64,000 bases of DNA. It comes from an uncultured delta proteobacterium. Lineage in GTDB: Bacteria; Myxococcota_A; Polyangia; Fen-1088. The notes beneath the pieces were generated by a model that did not search any database, had not been told where the DNA came from, and worked only from the letters and a program-made list of their open reading frames with translations. The number at the start of each line of letters is the position of its first letter. Position 1 is the stretch's first letter. Shown in pieces: positions 20,947-30,958 of this stretch. The DNA lies in NCBI GenBank assembly GCA_963755125.1, contig CAVWIP010000011.1, positions 32,001-96,000 on the forward strand. Direction: 5' to 3'. Position numbers and translations under genes: made by a program.

Positions 20947-22308
20947 GTGAATTCGCCCGCCGCACCTTCGCTTGCCCGCGAGCTCCGCACTCTGGGCGGG
21001 CTGGCAGCGCCGTTTGTTGCCGCGCAAGTGGGCATGATGACCCTGGGCGTGGTCGAGGTCGGCATCACCGGCCGCGCCGGCACGGGCGTGCTGGCTGCCG
21101 TGTCGCTGGGAAACGCCTGGATACACGGCACCGGGCTGGCCGCCATGGGCGTGGTGCTGGGTGCCGACCCCATCATCAGCCAGGGCTACGGTGCGGGCGA
21201 CACGCGAGGCGTGGCGCTGACCTTTCAGCGCGGCCTGGTGCTCTCGCTGCTGCTCGGCGCCCTTCTCGGCGTCGCCTGGCTCTTCACCGCGCCGGTGCTG
21301 CGCCTGACCGGACAGGACCCGAAGCTGGCGGCTGACGGGGCCCGCTTCGCGGCCGTGCAGGCGCCCACCGCGTTCGGGCTGCTGCTCTTCACCGTGAACC
21401 GGCAATACCTGGCCGGCCGCGGGCTGGTGGCGCCGGCTTTCTGGGTCACGCTGGCGGTAAACCTGGTCAACTTGGTTGTGACCTGGTGGTTGGTTTTCGG
21501 CGGCGCCGGCTTGCCCGCGCTCGGTGTGCTGGGCGCTGGCCTGGGCGGCGCGGTCACGCGCTTTTTGATGGCAGGCCTGCTGCTCGCCGCGACCTTCGCC
21601 TTCAGCCTGCACCGAGCGGCGTGGGTTCCCTGGGACCGCGAGATCATGAATCCGGCGCCCATGTTGCACATCCTGCGCCTCGGCCTGCCCATCGGGCTGC
21701 AGTTCGGCCTCGAGGTGTGGGCCTTTCAGTTGACGACGCTCCTGGCAGGCCGCCTGGGCACGGTGCCGCTTGGGGCGCACACCATAGTGCTCAATCTGGC
21801 CTCGTTCAGCTTCATGTTTCCGCTCGGGATCTCCATGGCGGCCAGCGTGCGCGTGGGCAACTTGGTGGGAACGGGCGACCTGCGCGCGGCTCGTCGGGCC
21901 GCTCTGCTCGCCCTTGCATCAGGCGCCAGTGTGATGGGCGTCTTCGCGTTGACCTTCTATTTTCTGCGCTGGCACCTGCCCGCGCTCTACGGCGCCGACC
22001 CGCAGGTGAGGGCGGCGGCCTCCTCCATCCTACCCATTGCCGCGGGATTCCAGATGCTCGATGGAACCCAAGTGGTGGCGAGCGGAATCCTGCGCGGGCT
22101 GGGCCGCACGCGTCCGGCTGCGCTTGCGAATTTCGTGGGCTACTACCTGCTGGCCCTGCCCCTGGGCTGGCTTTGGGGGTTGCGTCATGGCCAATCGCTG
22201 GCTGGCCTGTGGTGGGGTCTGGCCACGGGCCTGGCCGTGGTGGCTATCGGGCTTCTGGCGTGGATCCTGCGACCTGGAACCTTTGCCGTCGCTCGCACAA
22301 CAACGTGA
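20947..22308 (+). CDS. MATE family efflux transporter (NorM-like)
   Basis: About 12 TM segments; ISQGYGA, SVRVGNLVG, FQMLDGTQVVASGILRGLG. The ORF-track start (20863) lies inside the tRNA, so I moved it. Confidence 0.92.
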   Translation: MNSPAAPSLARELRTLGGLAAPFVAAQVGMMTLGVVEVGITGRAGTGVLAAVSLGNAWIHGTGLAAMGVVLGADPIISQGYGAGDTRGVALTFQRGLVLSLLLGALLGVAWLFTAPVLRLTGQDPKLAADGARFAAVQAPTAFGLLLFTVNRQYLAGRGLVAPAFWVTLAVNLVNLVVTWWLVFGGAGLPALGVLGAGLGGAVTRFLMAGLLLAATFAFSLHRAAWVPWDREIMNPAPMLHILRLGLPIGLQFGLEVWAFQLTTLLAGRLGTVPLGAHTIVLNLASFSFMFPLGISMAASVRVGNLVGTGDLRAARRAALLALASGASVMGVFALTFYFLRWHLPALYGADPQVRAAASSILPIAAGFQMLDGTQVVASGILRGLGRTRPAALANFVGYYLLALPLGWLWGLRHGQSLAGLWWGLATGLAVVAIGLLAWILRPGTFAVARTTT

Positions 22309-22431
22309 CGGATCGGCTGTAATAGGCTGACGCTTTTTTTCCTCTAATACTGGCCGAAAATTCCCGAAGATGTACAATTTGCACCTTGCGGCGTGTCTCG
22401 GTTTCTTACCGACGGACAGAAAGGAACAAAA

Positions 22432-24114
22432 ATGACTAGGCTAGCTCAACATTCTCTTTCCCTCGTTCTTCTTGCAGCTCCGCTTGTGGTTCTTGGATGC
22501 AGCAGTAGCAGCAGCAGCAAGGATGCACTGCCGGCGGACGGGCACGCGGCTGTGCCCGATGGCTCGAACACCCCCAAGCTCGACGGGGCTGTCGGGATCG
22601 ACTCCGCGAGCACAGGCGGTGCGCCTCCTGCTGGCGGTGCGACCGCTTCCGGCGGCGCGACCGCTTCTGGCGGCGCGACGGCTGGCACGACCGCTTCCGG
22701 CGGCGCGACCGCTCCTGGTGGTGCGCCTCCTGCTGGCGGTCTGACCGCTGGGGCGACCGCTTCCGGCGGCGCGACCGCTCCTGGCGGTGCGACGGCTGGC
22801 GCGACCGGAACCACGGTCGATGCAGCTGTTGACGGCCCGGCCAATCTCGACGGTCCAACCGACGGCGCTGCGGCGACCGACGGTGGTGCCGTCACTGACG
22901 GCTCAGGTGGTTCGACAGATTCCCTGCCGGTTTCGTGTACCCAATTTACCGGCGGAGACGTTCTCGCCAGCTTGACGCTGTTCAAGGCGTGCAGCCCGTA
23001 TACCATTACTGATCCAATCTTCGTCGACGGCAACGCCGTGCTGACCATCCAGCCGGGCGTCACGCTCAACTTCTTGAACAACGTTACAATCAACGTCGGC
23101 GAGAATAGTGCGGCTCAGTTGGTCGCGGTCGGTACCGTACAGGATCCGATCGTATTTACTTCTGCCGCATCCACGCCTGCCGCCGGGGACTGGGGCGGCA
23201 TCGACTTCTGGGACTACACCATGGCCGGCTGCCAGATCGCGTACGCCAAGCTGGACTACTGTGGCTCGAATGACGATGGTTGCATAGTCGGCAGCAATGT
23301 GAAGCCCAACCGCGTGACCCTCGATCACCTGACCATCGACCACGTGGGCACTCGCTCCGATGGCATCTTGGAGAACGATGCGGACTCGAACTTCGTCATC
23401 ACCAACTCAAGCTTCAGCAATATCCCAACCCTCCCGTTCCCAAGCTACGCCATCTCGGTCCAGGCACCCTCGTTTGCGGGCATCGGCGCGGGCAACGTAT
23501 TCAACGGTGGCGCCATGATCGAACTCGTGGGCGGGACGATTGCCGCAACCACGGCTTGGACCAATCCGGGAACGGCCATCGCGGTCACTGACGACGTGAT
23601 TGTCGATGGGACGGGCGGGCCGGTCCTGACCCTTGGCGCCGGCATGACGTTGAAGTTCGACGCCCAACGCACATTCAGCGTCGCTCTTTCCACAAGTGGC
23701 GTACTCGTGCTCGCGGGCACCCCCGCTAACCACGTGACTTTCACCTCGCTGCTGGCCACGCCGACACCAGGCGTCTGGGAGGGTGTCCAGGTTTGGGATG
23801 GTGGCAAGGCACAGTTGAGCTATGCCGACATTTCCTATGGCGGCTACGACGGCGACAGTGGAGGCGACGTCATTCTCGAGAACGGAAACTCCATCTCCCA
23901 GATCGTGGCGGATCACTCTTCCTTCACTTATAGCCTGGGCTGGGGCATTTATGTGCCCTGCACCGACCCGAACGCGACGCCGCTGGCCACCGTGACGGTC
24001 GACGCCACCGACACGTACGCGAACAACGAAAGTGACATGACGAACACAGGCACTCAGGGTGCCAATGTGGGGCCGGGCCTCAACGGCCCCGGTTGTTCAA
24101 CCCACCACCACTAG
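22432..24114 (+). CDS. Surface lipoprotein with a TASGGA low-complexity linker and beta-helix-like repeats
   Basis: Lipobox VLGC; two LTIxPGxTLxF...GT...IVFTS...P.AG.W.GI units typical of parallel beta-helix surface proteins. Confidence 0.75.
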   Translation: MTRLAQHSLSLVLLAAPLVVLGCSSSSSSKDALPADGHAAVPDGSNTPKLDGAVGIDSASTGGAPPAGGATASGGATASGGATAGTTASGGATAPGGAPPAGGLTAGATASGGATAPGGATAGATGTTVDAAVDGPANLDGPTDGAAATDGGAVTDGSGGSTDSLPVSCTQFTGGDVLASLTLFKACSPYTITDPIFVDGNAVLTIQPGVTLNFLNNVTINVGENSAAQLVAVGTVQDPIVFTSAASTPAAGDWGGIDFWDYTMAGCQIAYAKLDYCGSNDDGCIVGSNVKPNRVTLDHLTIDHVGTRSDGILENDADSNFVITNSSFSNIPTLPFPSYAISVQAPSFAGIGAGNVFNGGAMIELVGGTIAATTAWTNPGTAIAVTDDVIVDGTGGPVLTLGAGMTLKFDAQRTFSVALSTSGVLVLAGTPANHVTFTSLLATPTPGVWEGVQVWDGGKAQLSYADISYGGYDGDSGGDVILENGNSISQIVADHSSFTYSLGWGIYVPCTDPNATPLATVTVDATDTYANNESDMTNTGTQGANVGPGLNGPGCSTHHH

Positions 24115-24138
24115 AGCTGCTTTCGACTGAAACCAGCA

Positions 24139-24164
24139 AGGGCGATCCCCGACGGGATCGCCCT
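24139..24164. terminator. Hairpin between convergent genes
   Basis: agggcgatccc-cgac-gggatcgccct perfect inverted repeat. Confidence 0.55.
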
Positions 24165-24189
24165 CTTCCTTGGCGGGCGCCGTGCTGCC

Positions 24190-25011
24190 TCAGTTGCGTT
24201 TGTCGCCCTCCATCTCCTGAATTCGCTTCTGTACGTCGGCTCGGTTGGGTGCATTGGGGGCGTTGCGCAGGTAGCTCTTGTAGAAACTGACCGCATCTTT
24301 GTCGTGACCCATCTTGCGGTGGCACTGGGCAATGTTGAAGAGGAACACCGGATCAGGCACCGCCATGTACGCGGCTTCGAACTCGTCCAGAGCTTCCTGA
24401 TAGTGGCCGAGCTCGTAGTGGCGGGTGCCTTGGTTGAAGTGTTCCTTGGAGGTGGCAAGACTCTCCGGGCTGGGTTTCGTATCCACCGACGCCGAGCGCT
24501 GCTCGTTTCGGCCCGTGGTGAGGCGTGCGTCCTTCTTCCCGGCGAATTGCGCCAGCCCGGGTGAGTGAAGCAGGGCCTGCACTACCTTCTCCGCCATGAT
24601 GAGGGGGAACTCCCTGTCGCGGTGGAGCTCATCGGGGGTCACCGCGATGGCAACCGCTGTGTCGTGGCTCTCGGCGGTCAAGGTCACATGCCCGTGCACG
24701 AAGTAAGAGCCCGCGGTCACGTGCAGCTCCAGTCGGACATCCAAGTCTGGCTTTCCATCCCGGCCCTGCACCACAGTGAGGCCGGCGTGGCCCAATTCGG
24801 CCTGCACCGCAGCTTTGACCCGTTCGTTGAGATTGGACTCCTTGTCCTCCTTGGCCACGAAGGCCATGTCCTCCAGCACGCGCACGCGCAGGGCGCGCAC
24901 CGCCGCCGAGATCTCAGGCATGGGAGTCACACCGGGCAGGCCGCCCGAGGAGAGTGAGCCGCTGCACCCCACGGCGAGGACGGCGAGTGCGAGAACAACG
25001 GACCGAATCAC
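24190..25011 (-). CDS. TPR-containing lipoprotein
   Basis: Lipobox LAVGC after a GTG at 25011; C-terminal TPRs (HFNQGTRHYELGHYQEAL..., LFNIAQCHR). Confidence 0.8.
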   Translation of the reverse strand: MIRSVVLALAVLAVGCSGSLSSGGLPGVTPMPEISAAVRALRVRVLEDMAFVAKEDKESNLNERVKAAVQAELGHAGLTVVQGRDGKPDLDVRLELHVTAGSYFVHGHVTLTAESHDTAVAIAVTPDELHRDREFPLIMAEKVVQALLHSPGLAQFAGKKDARLTTGRNEQRSASVDTKPSPESLATSKEHFNQGTRHYELGHYQEALDEFEAAYMAVPDPVFLFNIAQCHRKMGHDKDAVSFYKSYLRNAPNAPNRADVQKRIQEMEGDKRN

Positions 25012-25172
25012 CGCCTCAGTATCCGACGGTCGCGGAGAACCTTCAACCTTGACGAGCGCTGCCAATCTCGCACCAAGCATGAGCGATGCTCCGCGATCTC
25101 CGTTCTCTGTGCGTTCTCAGCAGCGGGTGGCCAGCCAGGTGAATGGACTCGTCCACGGCGGCCGCCGGACTA

Positions 25173-26090
25173 TCATAGAAACGCCAGCCACTCCGGGTGA
25201 GCCTGGCTGGCACCCTTCACGACCGCGGTAAAAGCCGCCTGCAACTTGCGCGTAATGGGACCCGGCTCGCCAGAGCCGATGGAGATCTTGTCGATCTCGC
25301 GCACCGGCGTGACCTCGCAGGCGGTGCCGGTGAAGAAGACCTCGCTGGCCGCGTACAGCATGTCGCGCGTGAAAGCCTGTTCTACGACCTCGATCCCGTT
25401 CTCGCGCGCCAGCGTGACAACCGCATCGCGCGTGATGCCGTCCAGGATGGGCATGGACAGCGGCGGCGTGTACAGGCGGCCCCGGTGGACCATGAAGATG
25501 TTCTCGCCGGTGCCCTCGGCCACCGCGCCGGAGGCGTCCAGCATGACGGCCTCGTCGTAGCCCATGCTCACCACCTCGCGCTTGGCCAGCACGGAATTCA
25601 CGTACTGACCGGAGATCTTGGCCTTGCTCATGGTGTGGTTGAGGTGACCACGCACGAAGGTGGACAGGTGGGCGCGGATGCCCTTGTTCAAGGCCTCGGC
25701 GCCCAGATAGGCCCCCCAGGGGAAGGCGATGACGATCAACTCGACCGGGTTGTCGCGCGAGCCGAGTCCCAGCGCGCCGGCGCCCAGATAGGCCAGCGGC
25801 CTGATGTACGCCTCTTCCAGCTTGTTGGCACGCAGAACATCGAGACATGCGGTTTCGATCTGCTCACGCGAGTAGGGAACCGTCATGTCGCAGATCTTGG
25901 CCGACGTGACCAGCCGATCCACGTGCTCGCGCAGGCGGAAGACCGCGCTGCGGCCATCGTTGCGCTTGTAGCAGCGGATGCCCTCGAAAACCGCCACCCC
26001 GTAGTGCAGTGTAAAAGCGGAAACGTGGGTGGTCGCCTGTGCGAAAGGCAACAACTTCCCATTCATCCAGGCGAACTCGGACTTGATCAT
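25173..26090 (-). CDS. ilvE: Branched-chain amino acid aminotransferase
   Basis: LHYGVAVFEGIR, KAKISGQY, EGTGENIF, LDGITR, FFTGTA motifs. Confidence 0.96.
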   Translation of the reverse strand: MIKSEFAWMNGKLLPFAQATTHVSAFTLHYGVAVFEGIRCYKRNDGRSAVFRLREHVDRLVTSAKICDMTVPYSREQIETACLDVLRANKLEEAYIRPLAYLGAGALGLGSRDNPVELIVIAFPWGAYLGAEALNKGIRAHLSTFVRGHLNHTMSKAKISGQYVNSVLAKREVVSMGYDEAVMLDASGAVAEGTGENIFMVHRGRLYTPPLSMPILDGITRDAVVTLARENGIEVVEQAFTRDMLYAASEVFFTGTACEVTPVREIDKISIGSGEPGPITRKLQAAFTAVVKGASQAHPEWLAFL

Positions 26091-28066
26091 GTTTCTCCTT
26101 TCAAACGCCGGATCTCCTCTTCGATGTCGGCCAGTCCGGGACTCATGCTCAGGGCAGTCTCGAATTCCCGGATGGCATCATCGGGCAGCCCGGTCTCGGC
26201 GTAGAAGCGACCCAGCGAGATGCGCACCCAAGGATTGGCCGGCTCGCTCTCCACTGCCCGGCGCAACTCGGCCAGACCGGCGGCCAACGCGCGCGTGTCA
26301 GCCGGCGCCTGCCGATACAGCGCCCAGCCCAGGGCGCTGCGATAGCTCGCTTGCTTGGGCGCCAGGGTGGTGGCCTGACGAAACGCCTCGGCCGCCTGCG
26401 GGTAGCGGCGGGAGCGCAGGTGCGACACACCTGTGAAGTACACACGCTCGGCTGCGGTTGCCGTGGACTCTGATCCATCGGGCGCGCCCCCGTCGGCCTG
26501 AACTGGTGGCGGGGTCCGCTGCAATTCTGCCAGGTACTTGCGCCGCGAGCCACTGTCGCACAGAACCTCGAACGCCTTCTCCAGCCGCTCGAAGATCTGA
26601 CCGGCGACGTCGCGCACGTCATCGTCGCGAAGGCGGAAGAGATCGGGGTGGAAGTCGCGCGCCAGGGTCCGATAGGCGTCCGCGATCTCGGCAGTCGTGG
26701 CTTCCCGCTCGACGCCCAGCACCTCGAAGTGACTCTGCACACGCATCACCGCCAGCAGGGCCACCAGTTCCTCACGGCTGCGCTCACCGGTCGACACGCC
26801 AGTGCCGCCCAGGTCCACCGGCCGGGGCGTGCGGCGGGCCTGGTCCTTCTCGGCACGCTGGGGCGCCTGGGTGGGCGCGATCATGCCAGCCTCGGACATG
26901 GCCACCACGAGGAGGCGGGCACGGTCCATGGGAATGGGCGATGAGGCCAAGGCCGCCTCCAGCTTTACTGTGCCGTCCAGCCCGTCGATGAAGCGCCTCT
27001 CGCTGGCGTCAGCCGTCATATCCTGCAGGCGCCGGCGTGGATCGGGATTGGGTGTCAGGTACTTCCCCGAAAGGGGCTGCAACACGCTGTGGATGCGCTC
27101 GGCATCGTAGTGCCGCCGGATGCCCTCCAGGATCAAGGCCGCGGGCGTGCGTTCCAGCCGCATCGGCGCGTCTTGTCGAGACTGCCCCTTCTTGAAAATG
27201 AAATCGCCGCTGGTCCACGAGAAGATCTCGAGCAACTTCGATTCCATCTGCAGCATGAGAGCGCGTGACAGGTTGAAGGGCGAGAGCGCGCCCATGGCCA
27301 CCAGAACCTCGCCCTGATGCTGATGCATCTCCTTCATCCGGCGCAGGGACTCATCCAGCGTCTCGGCAGAGATGAGACGCTGTTCCAGCAGGATCTGACC
27401 CAAGCACTCGGACAGCATGTTGGAACGTATGGAAACCGGGTAGCCCTCGTCGAAATTGACGATCTTCTTGGTGTCGCCGCGCGCGAGCAGCAAGGCGCCG
27501 GACATGCGGGCGGAATACACCCGCTGCAGGACGCGGGCGAAGGGCTGACGAGCCAGCGATCCGTGCAGCTCGGTCTCGCCCTCGGCAAAGTGCTTGGCCG
27601 TGGTCTCCACCGCGCGCCTCTCGCGCCTTTGCGCCGGATCGGCCACCACCGCGCCAGGGTAGTTGGGCACGGCTGAGGCCTCGGGCGGCTCACTGGGTGG
27701 CACGGTTTCGAGCAGACGCGCCAGCAGGCGGTCGGCGTCGAGCGGCGTGGCCAGGTACTCGGCCGGGGCAAAGCGGCGTTGCGCCTCGGCCTGATGGCTT
27801 GCCCCGCGGTGCGTGCTGGCGACGAAGAAGATGGGGATCCGGGCCGTGCTGGGGTTGCGGCGTACCTCATCGGCCAAGGTGAAGCCGCTGCCGTCGGAAA
27901 GGGTCGTGTCCAGGATGATGGCGTCGGGCGCACGCACCGCCAGGGTGCGCCGGGCCCAGGTCAGCTCGGCCTCGGTCGAGAGCAGGTAGTTTGCTTCGCT
28001 CAGCGCTTGGTTAATGCGACGAGCCAGCGCGGCATTGCTCTCGACTACCAGGACGTAAGACGCCAT
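26087..28066 (-). CDS. Receiver / DUF4388 / J-domain / TPR multidomain protein
   Basis: N-terminal receiver fold, DUF4388-like SGALLL..G..KKIVNF.EG, HFEVLGV...FHPD J-domain, C-terminal TPRs. Confidence 0.85.
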   Translation of the reverse strand: MASYVLVVESNAALARRINQALSEANYLLSTEAELTWARRTLAVRAPDAIILDTTLSDGSGFTLADEVRRNPSTARIPIFFVASTHRGASHQAEAQRRFAPAEYLATPLDADRLLARLLETVPPSEPPEASAVPNYPGAVVADPAQRRERRAVETTAKHFAEGETELHGSLARQPFARVLQRVYSARMSGALLLARGDTKKIVNFDEGYPVSIRSNMLSECLGQILLEQRLISAETLDESLRRMKEMHQHQGEVLVAMGALSPFNLSRALMLQMESKLLEIFSWTSGDFIFKKGQSRQDAPMRLERTPAALILEGIRRHYDAERIHSVLQPLSGKYLTPNPDPRRRLQDMTADASERRFIDGLDGTVKLEAALASSPIPMDRARLLVVAMSEAGMIAPTQAPQRAEKDQARRTPRPVDLGGTGVSTGERSREELVALLAVMRVQSHFEVLGVEREATTAEIADAYRTLARDFHPDLFRLRDDDVRDVAGQIFERLEKAFEVLCDSGSRRKYLAELQRTPPPVQADGGAPDGSESTATAAERVYFTGVSHLRSRRYPQAAEAFRQATTLAPKQASYRSALGWALYRQAPADTRALAAGLAELRRAVESEPANPWVRISLGRFYAETGLPDDAIREFETALSMSPGLADIEEEIRRLKGET

Positions 28067-28307
28067 AGGCAGGGATTGTATACCGCAAATCCGAACGTCT
28101 GAGGGTTGCGAGAACGGACTGGGCAAGCGCGGTCACCTAGCCGGCGAACTGCGGCCGAGAACACGGAGGGGCGAGGGGAGGACACGGAGTTGGAGAGAAC
28201 CCCCGGACAAACGACCAACCGCGCCCGGCGGGCGCCGCCTCTTGTTTTCTCAGTGGACTCGATTCGCCCATTCACACCATGATCGTCGAGACTGGAGGAA
28301 CGGAGCC

Positions 28308-29039
28308 ATGTACTCAGAGCAGCCGCTTTTCAGACCACCTGCAGACGACACCACATTATGGCGGTACATGGATTTCGAGAAGTTCGTTTCCCTTCTGGAG
28401 CGTCGCACGCTCTACTTTGCTCGCCTTACCAGCTTGGCTGATCCTTTCGAGGGACTCCCGGTGCGCAGGCACATGGAAATCGCGAGGCAGTCGCCAACCG
28501 GCCTGTCTGAGCAAGAGACGACGAAGCACAAGGAAGAGATTGAGGGGTACAAGAGATCTATCGAAGAAAAACGAAAGGTTTATTTTGTCTCGTGCTGGCA
28601 CATGAATCGGGATGAATCCTACGCGATGTGGAAAATCTACGCAGGTGCCGGGGCTGGAATCGCAATCCGCAGCAGATTCCACCGATTCAAGGCAGCTCTC
28701 CCAGCGACGCCTCTTCCACAGGTGCTCGCAGGAACCGTCAACTATGTGGACTACGACACCGACCAACCGCTACGAGTGCCATACCTGGAAGAACTCGCTT
28801 TCTCGAAGCGTCGGTGCTTTGATTTTGAGAGCGAGTTTCGCGGGTTTGTTCGTGACGATGAAACCGAGGCACCAGGTGTCGAGGTCCCCGTCGACGTCAA
28901 TCTTCTCGTTGAACAGGTCTATGTCTCTCCAACCTCACCTGCCTGGATCCGCGAGCTGGTCCAGGCGGTCCTCGACCGATATGGCCTCAAAGTCGAGGCC
29001 ATCCAGTCAGGGATACTGACCGGCCCATCGTACTTCTGA
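28308..29039 (+). CDS. DUF2971-like protein
   Basis: LWRYMDFEKF, DPFEG, SCWH...ESYAMWKIY, K...F..E.EFR motifs; visibly lower GC than its neighbours. Confidence 0.75.
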   Translation: MYSEQPLFRPPADDTTLWRYMDFEKFVSLLERRTLYFARLTSLADPFEGLPVRRHMEIARQSPTGLSEQETTKHKEEIEGYKRSIEEKRKVYFVSCWHMNRDESYAMWKIYAGAGAGIAIRSRFHRFKAALPATPLPQVLAGTVNYVDYDTDQPLRVPYLEELAFSKRRCFDFESEFRGFVRDDETEAPGVEVPVDVNLLVEQVYVSPTSPAWIRELVQAVLDRYGLKVEAIQSGILTGPSYF

Positions 29040-29088
29040 GCGGGCCCATGAAATCGCAGGTGCGACTTTGGGCGTGCGATGGTAGACG

Positions 29089-30534
29089 ATGGCCCGGAGG
29101 ATTGTCGTGAGTCGCGGTCAACCGAAAGCGAAGAACGATCTGGCTTGCTTGATTCTTGCGGCGGGCAAGGGCACCCGCATGGTCTCGGCGCAGGCCAAGA
29201 TGCTGCACCCGATCTTGGGCGTGCCCCTGCTGTCGTATCCCGTCGAGCGGGCGCTGGAACTGCGCGCCTCGCCCATCGTGGCCGTGCTCGGCTACCAGCG
29301 CGCCGAGGTGGAGAAGGCGCTTATCGCTCGTCACAGCCAGGGCACCGTGATCGTGGTCGAGCAGACGGAACAGAAGGGAACCGGGCATGCCGTGCGGCTG
29401 GGACTTGCGGCCCTGAGCCGGTGGGAGGGAACAGTTCTCATTCTGTACGGCGACGTGCCCCTGTTGAGCCGCGAGACCTTGACCGCCTTGGTGAAGAAAT
29501 CGCGCAGCGGAGGCACGCTGGCCATTCTGACCGCCGAACTGGCCGAGCCGCGGGGCTACGGCCGAGTGGTCCGCGACAGCCATGGCGGTGTCGTCGAAGT
29601 GGTGGAACACAAGGACGCCAGTGAAGGCCAGCGACGGATCACCGAGGTCAACGCCGGCATCTACGCCGCGCCAGCAGCCTTTCTTCGTCGGGCAACGGCG
29701 CGGCTGTCGCCACGCAACGCCCAGGGCGAACTGTACCTGACCGACATCGTCGCCAAGGCCGCGACTGGCATCGGTGTCTCTTCGGTCAGCGTGAACGCCG
29801 AAGAGATGGCCGGCGTCAATGACCGGCAGCAGCTCGTCGCGGTCGAGAAGACCCTGTGCCGGCGCATCGTGAGCCAGCTCGGCAGGCACGCGACCTTCCG
29901 TGATCCCGAGGCGGTCTTGGTCGAGGCCAGCGTGACCGTCGATCAAGACGCGGAGATCGGCGGCAACGTGGTGCTGCGTGGCCGCACCCGGATCGGCGCC
30001 GGGGCTCGCATCGAGAACGGCTGCATCCTCACCGACACCGAGGTGGGCGCGGGCGCCGTGCTGCTGCCCTACACGGTGGCCAGCCAGTCGAGCATCGGGC
30101 CAGGCGCCAAGGTTGGCCCCTTTGCCCACCTGCGGCCGGGCAGCGAGCTGGGGCCCGATGTGCACGTGGGCAACTACGTGGAAACCAAGAAGGCCCGCCT
30201 GGGCCGCGGCAGCAAAGCGAATCACCTGACCTATCTCGGCGACACCATCATCGGCGAAGGGGTCAACGTGGGCGCAGGCACCATCACCTGCAACTACAAC
30301 GGCTACGAGAAACGCCAGACCATCATCGAGGACGGCGCCTTCATCGGATCGGACACGCAACTGGTCGCGCCAGTGCGGGTGGGCAAGCGCGCGGTTGTGG
30401 CCGCGGGCGCCACCATCACCGAGGACATCCGCGATGGGGCGCTCGCCATCACGCGCGTGCCGCTCACTCAGATCGACGGGTACGCGGATCGGGTGGCGCA
30501 GCGGTACGCGAACAAGGCTGCGCCCAAACGCTGA
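29089..30534 (+). CDS. glmU: Bifunctional UDP-GlcNAc pyrophosphorylase / glucosamine-1-phosphate acetyltransferase
   Basis: LILAAGKGTRM, GTGHAV, hexapeptide repeats, KANHLTYLGD, GAGTITCNY. Confidence 0.97.
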   Translation: MARRIVVSRGQPKAKNDLACLILAAGKGTRMVSAQAKMLHPILGVPLLSYPVERALELRASPIVAVLGYQRAEVEKALIARHSQGTVIVVEQTEQKGTGHAVRLGLAALSRWEGTVLILYGDVPLLSRETLTALVKKSRSGGTLAILTAELAEPRGYGRVVRDSHGGVVEVVEHKDASEGQRRITEVNAGIYAAPAAFLRRATARLSPRNAQGELYLTDIVAKAATGIGVSSVSVNAEEMAGVNDRQQLVAVEKTLCRRIVSQLGRHATFRDPEAVLVEASVTVDQDAEIGGNVVLRGRTRIGAGARIENGCILTDTEVGAGAVLLPYTVASQSSIGPGAKVGPFAHLRPGSELGPDVHVGNYVETKKARLGRGSKANHLTYLGDTIIGEGVNVGAGTITCNYNGYEKRQTIIEDGAFIGSDTQLVAPVRVGKRAVVAAGATITEDIRDGALAITRVPLTQIDGYADRVAQRYANKAAPKR

Positions 30535-30580
30535 CATTGACAGCCGCCGCTGCGCGGCCACAATCGCGCGCAGAGGTTCC

Positions 30581-30934
30581 ATGCCAAGTTCGGTGAAAGA
30601 CTTCTTCGATCGACGCGTCCCGGATGCCCTGCGCCTGCACCCGGAAAAGGCCAAGGAAGTGGCCGCGAGCTTCCTGTTCACCATAGCCGGTGCTGATGGC
30701 GGAACCTGGACCGCCGACCTGACAAACTCGCCGCCCATCTGCCAGCCCGGGCGCATCGGCCAGCCTCAGTGCACCATCGAGGCCACGGACGAAGACTTCC
30801 GCAGCGTGATCGACGGTGGGGCGCAGGCGGCCCTGCAGATCTTCCTTGGCGGCAGGCTGAAGGTCGCTGGCGATCCGATGCTCATCTCGCGCCTGCTGCG
30901 GCTCCTGCAAATGGGAAGTGCGCCGGCGATCTAG
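30581..30934 (+). CDS. SCP2 sterol/lipid-binding domain protein
   Basis: F.I.G..GGTW..DL...CTI...F..GRLKVAGD pattern. Confidence 0.88.
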   Translation: MPSSVKDFFDRRVPDALRLHPEKAKEVAASFLFTIAGADGGTWTADLTNSPPICQPGRIGQPQCTIEATDEDFRSVIDGGAQAALQIFLGGRLKVAGDPMLISRLLRLLQMGSAPAI

Positions 30935-30958
30935 GCTATCATCGCGGCGGTTCGCTTC

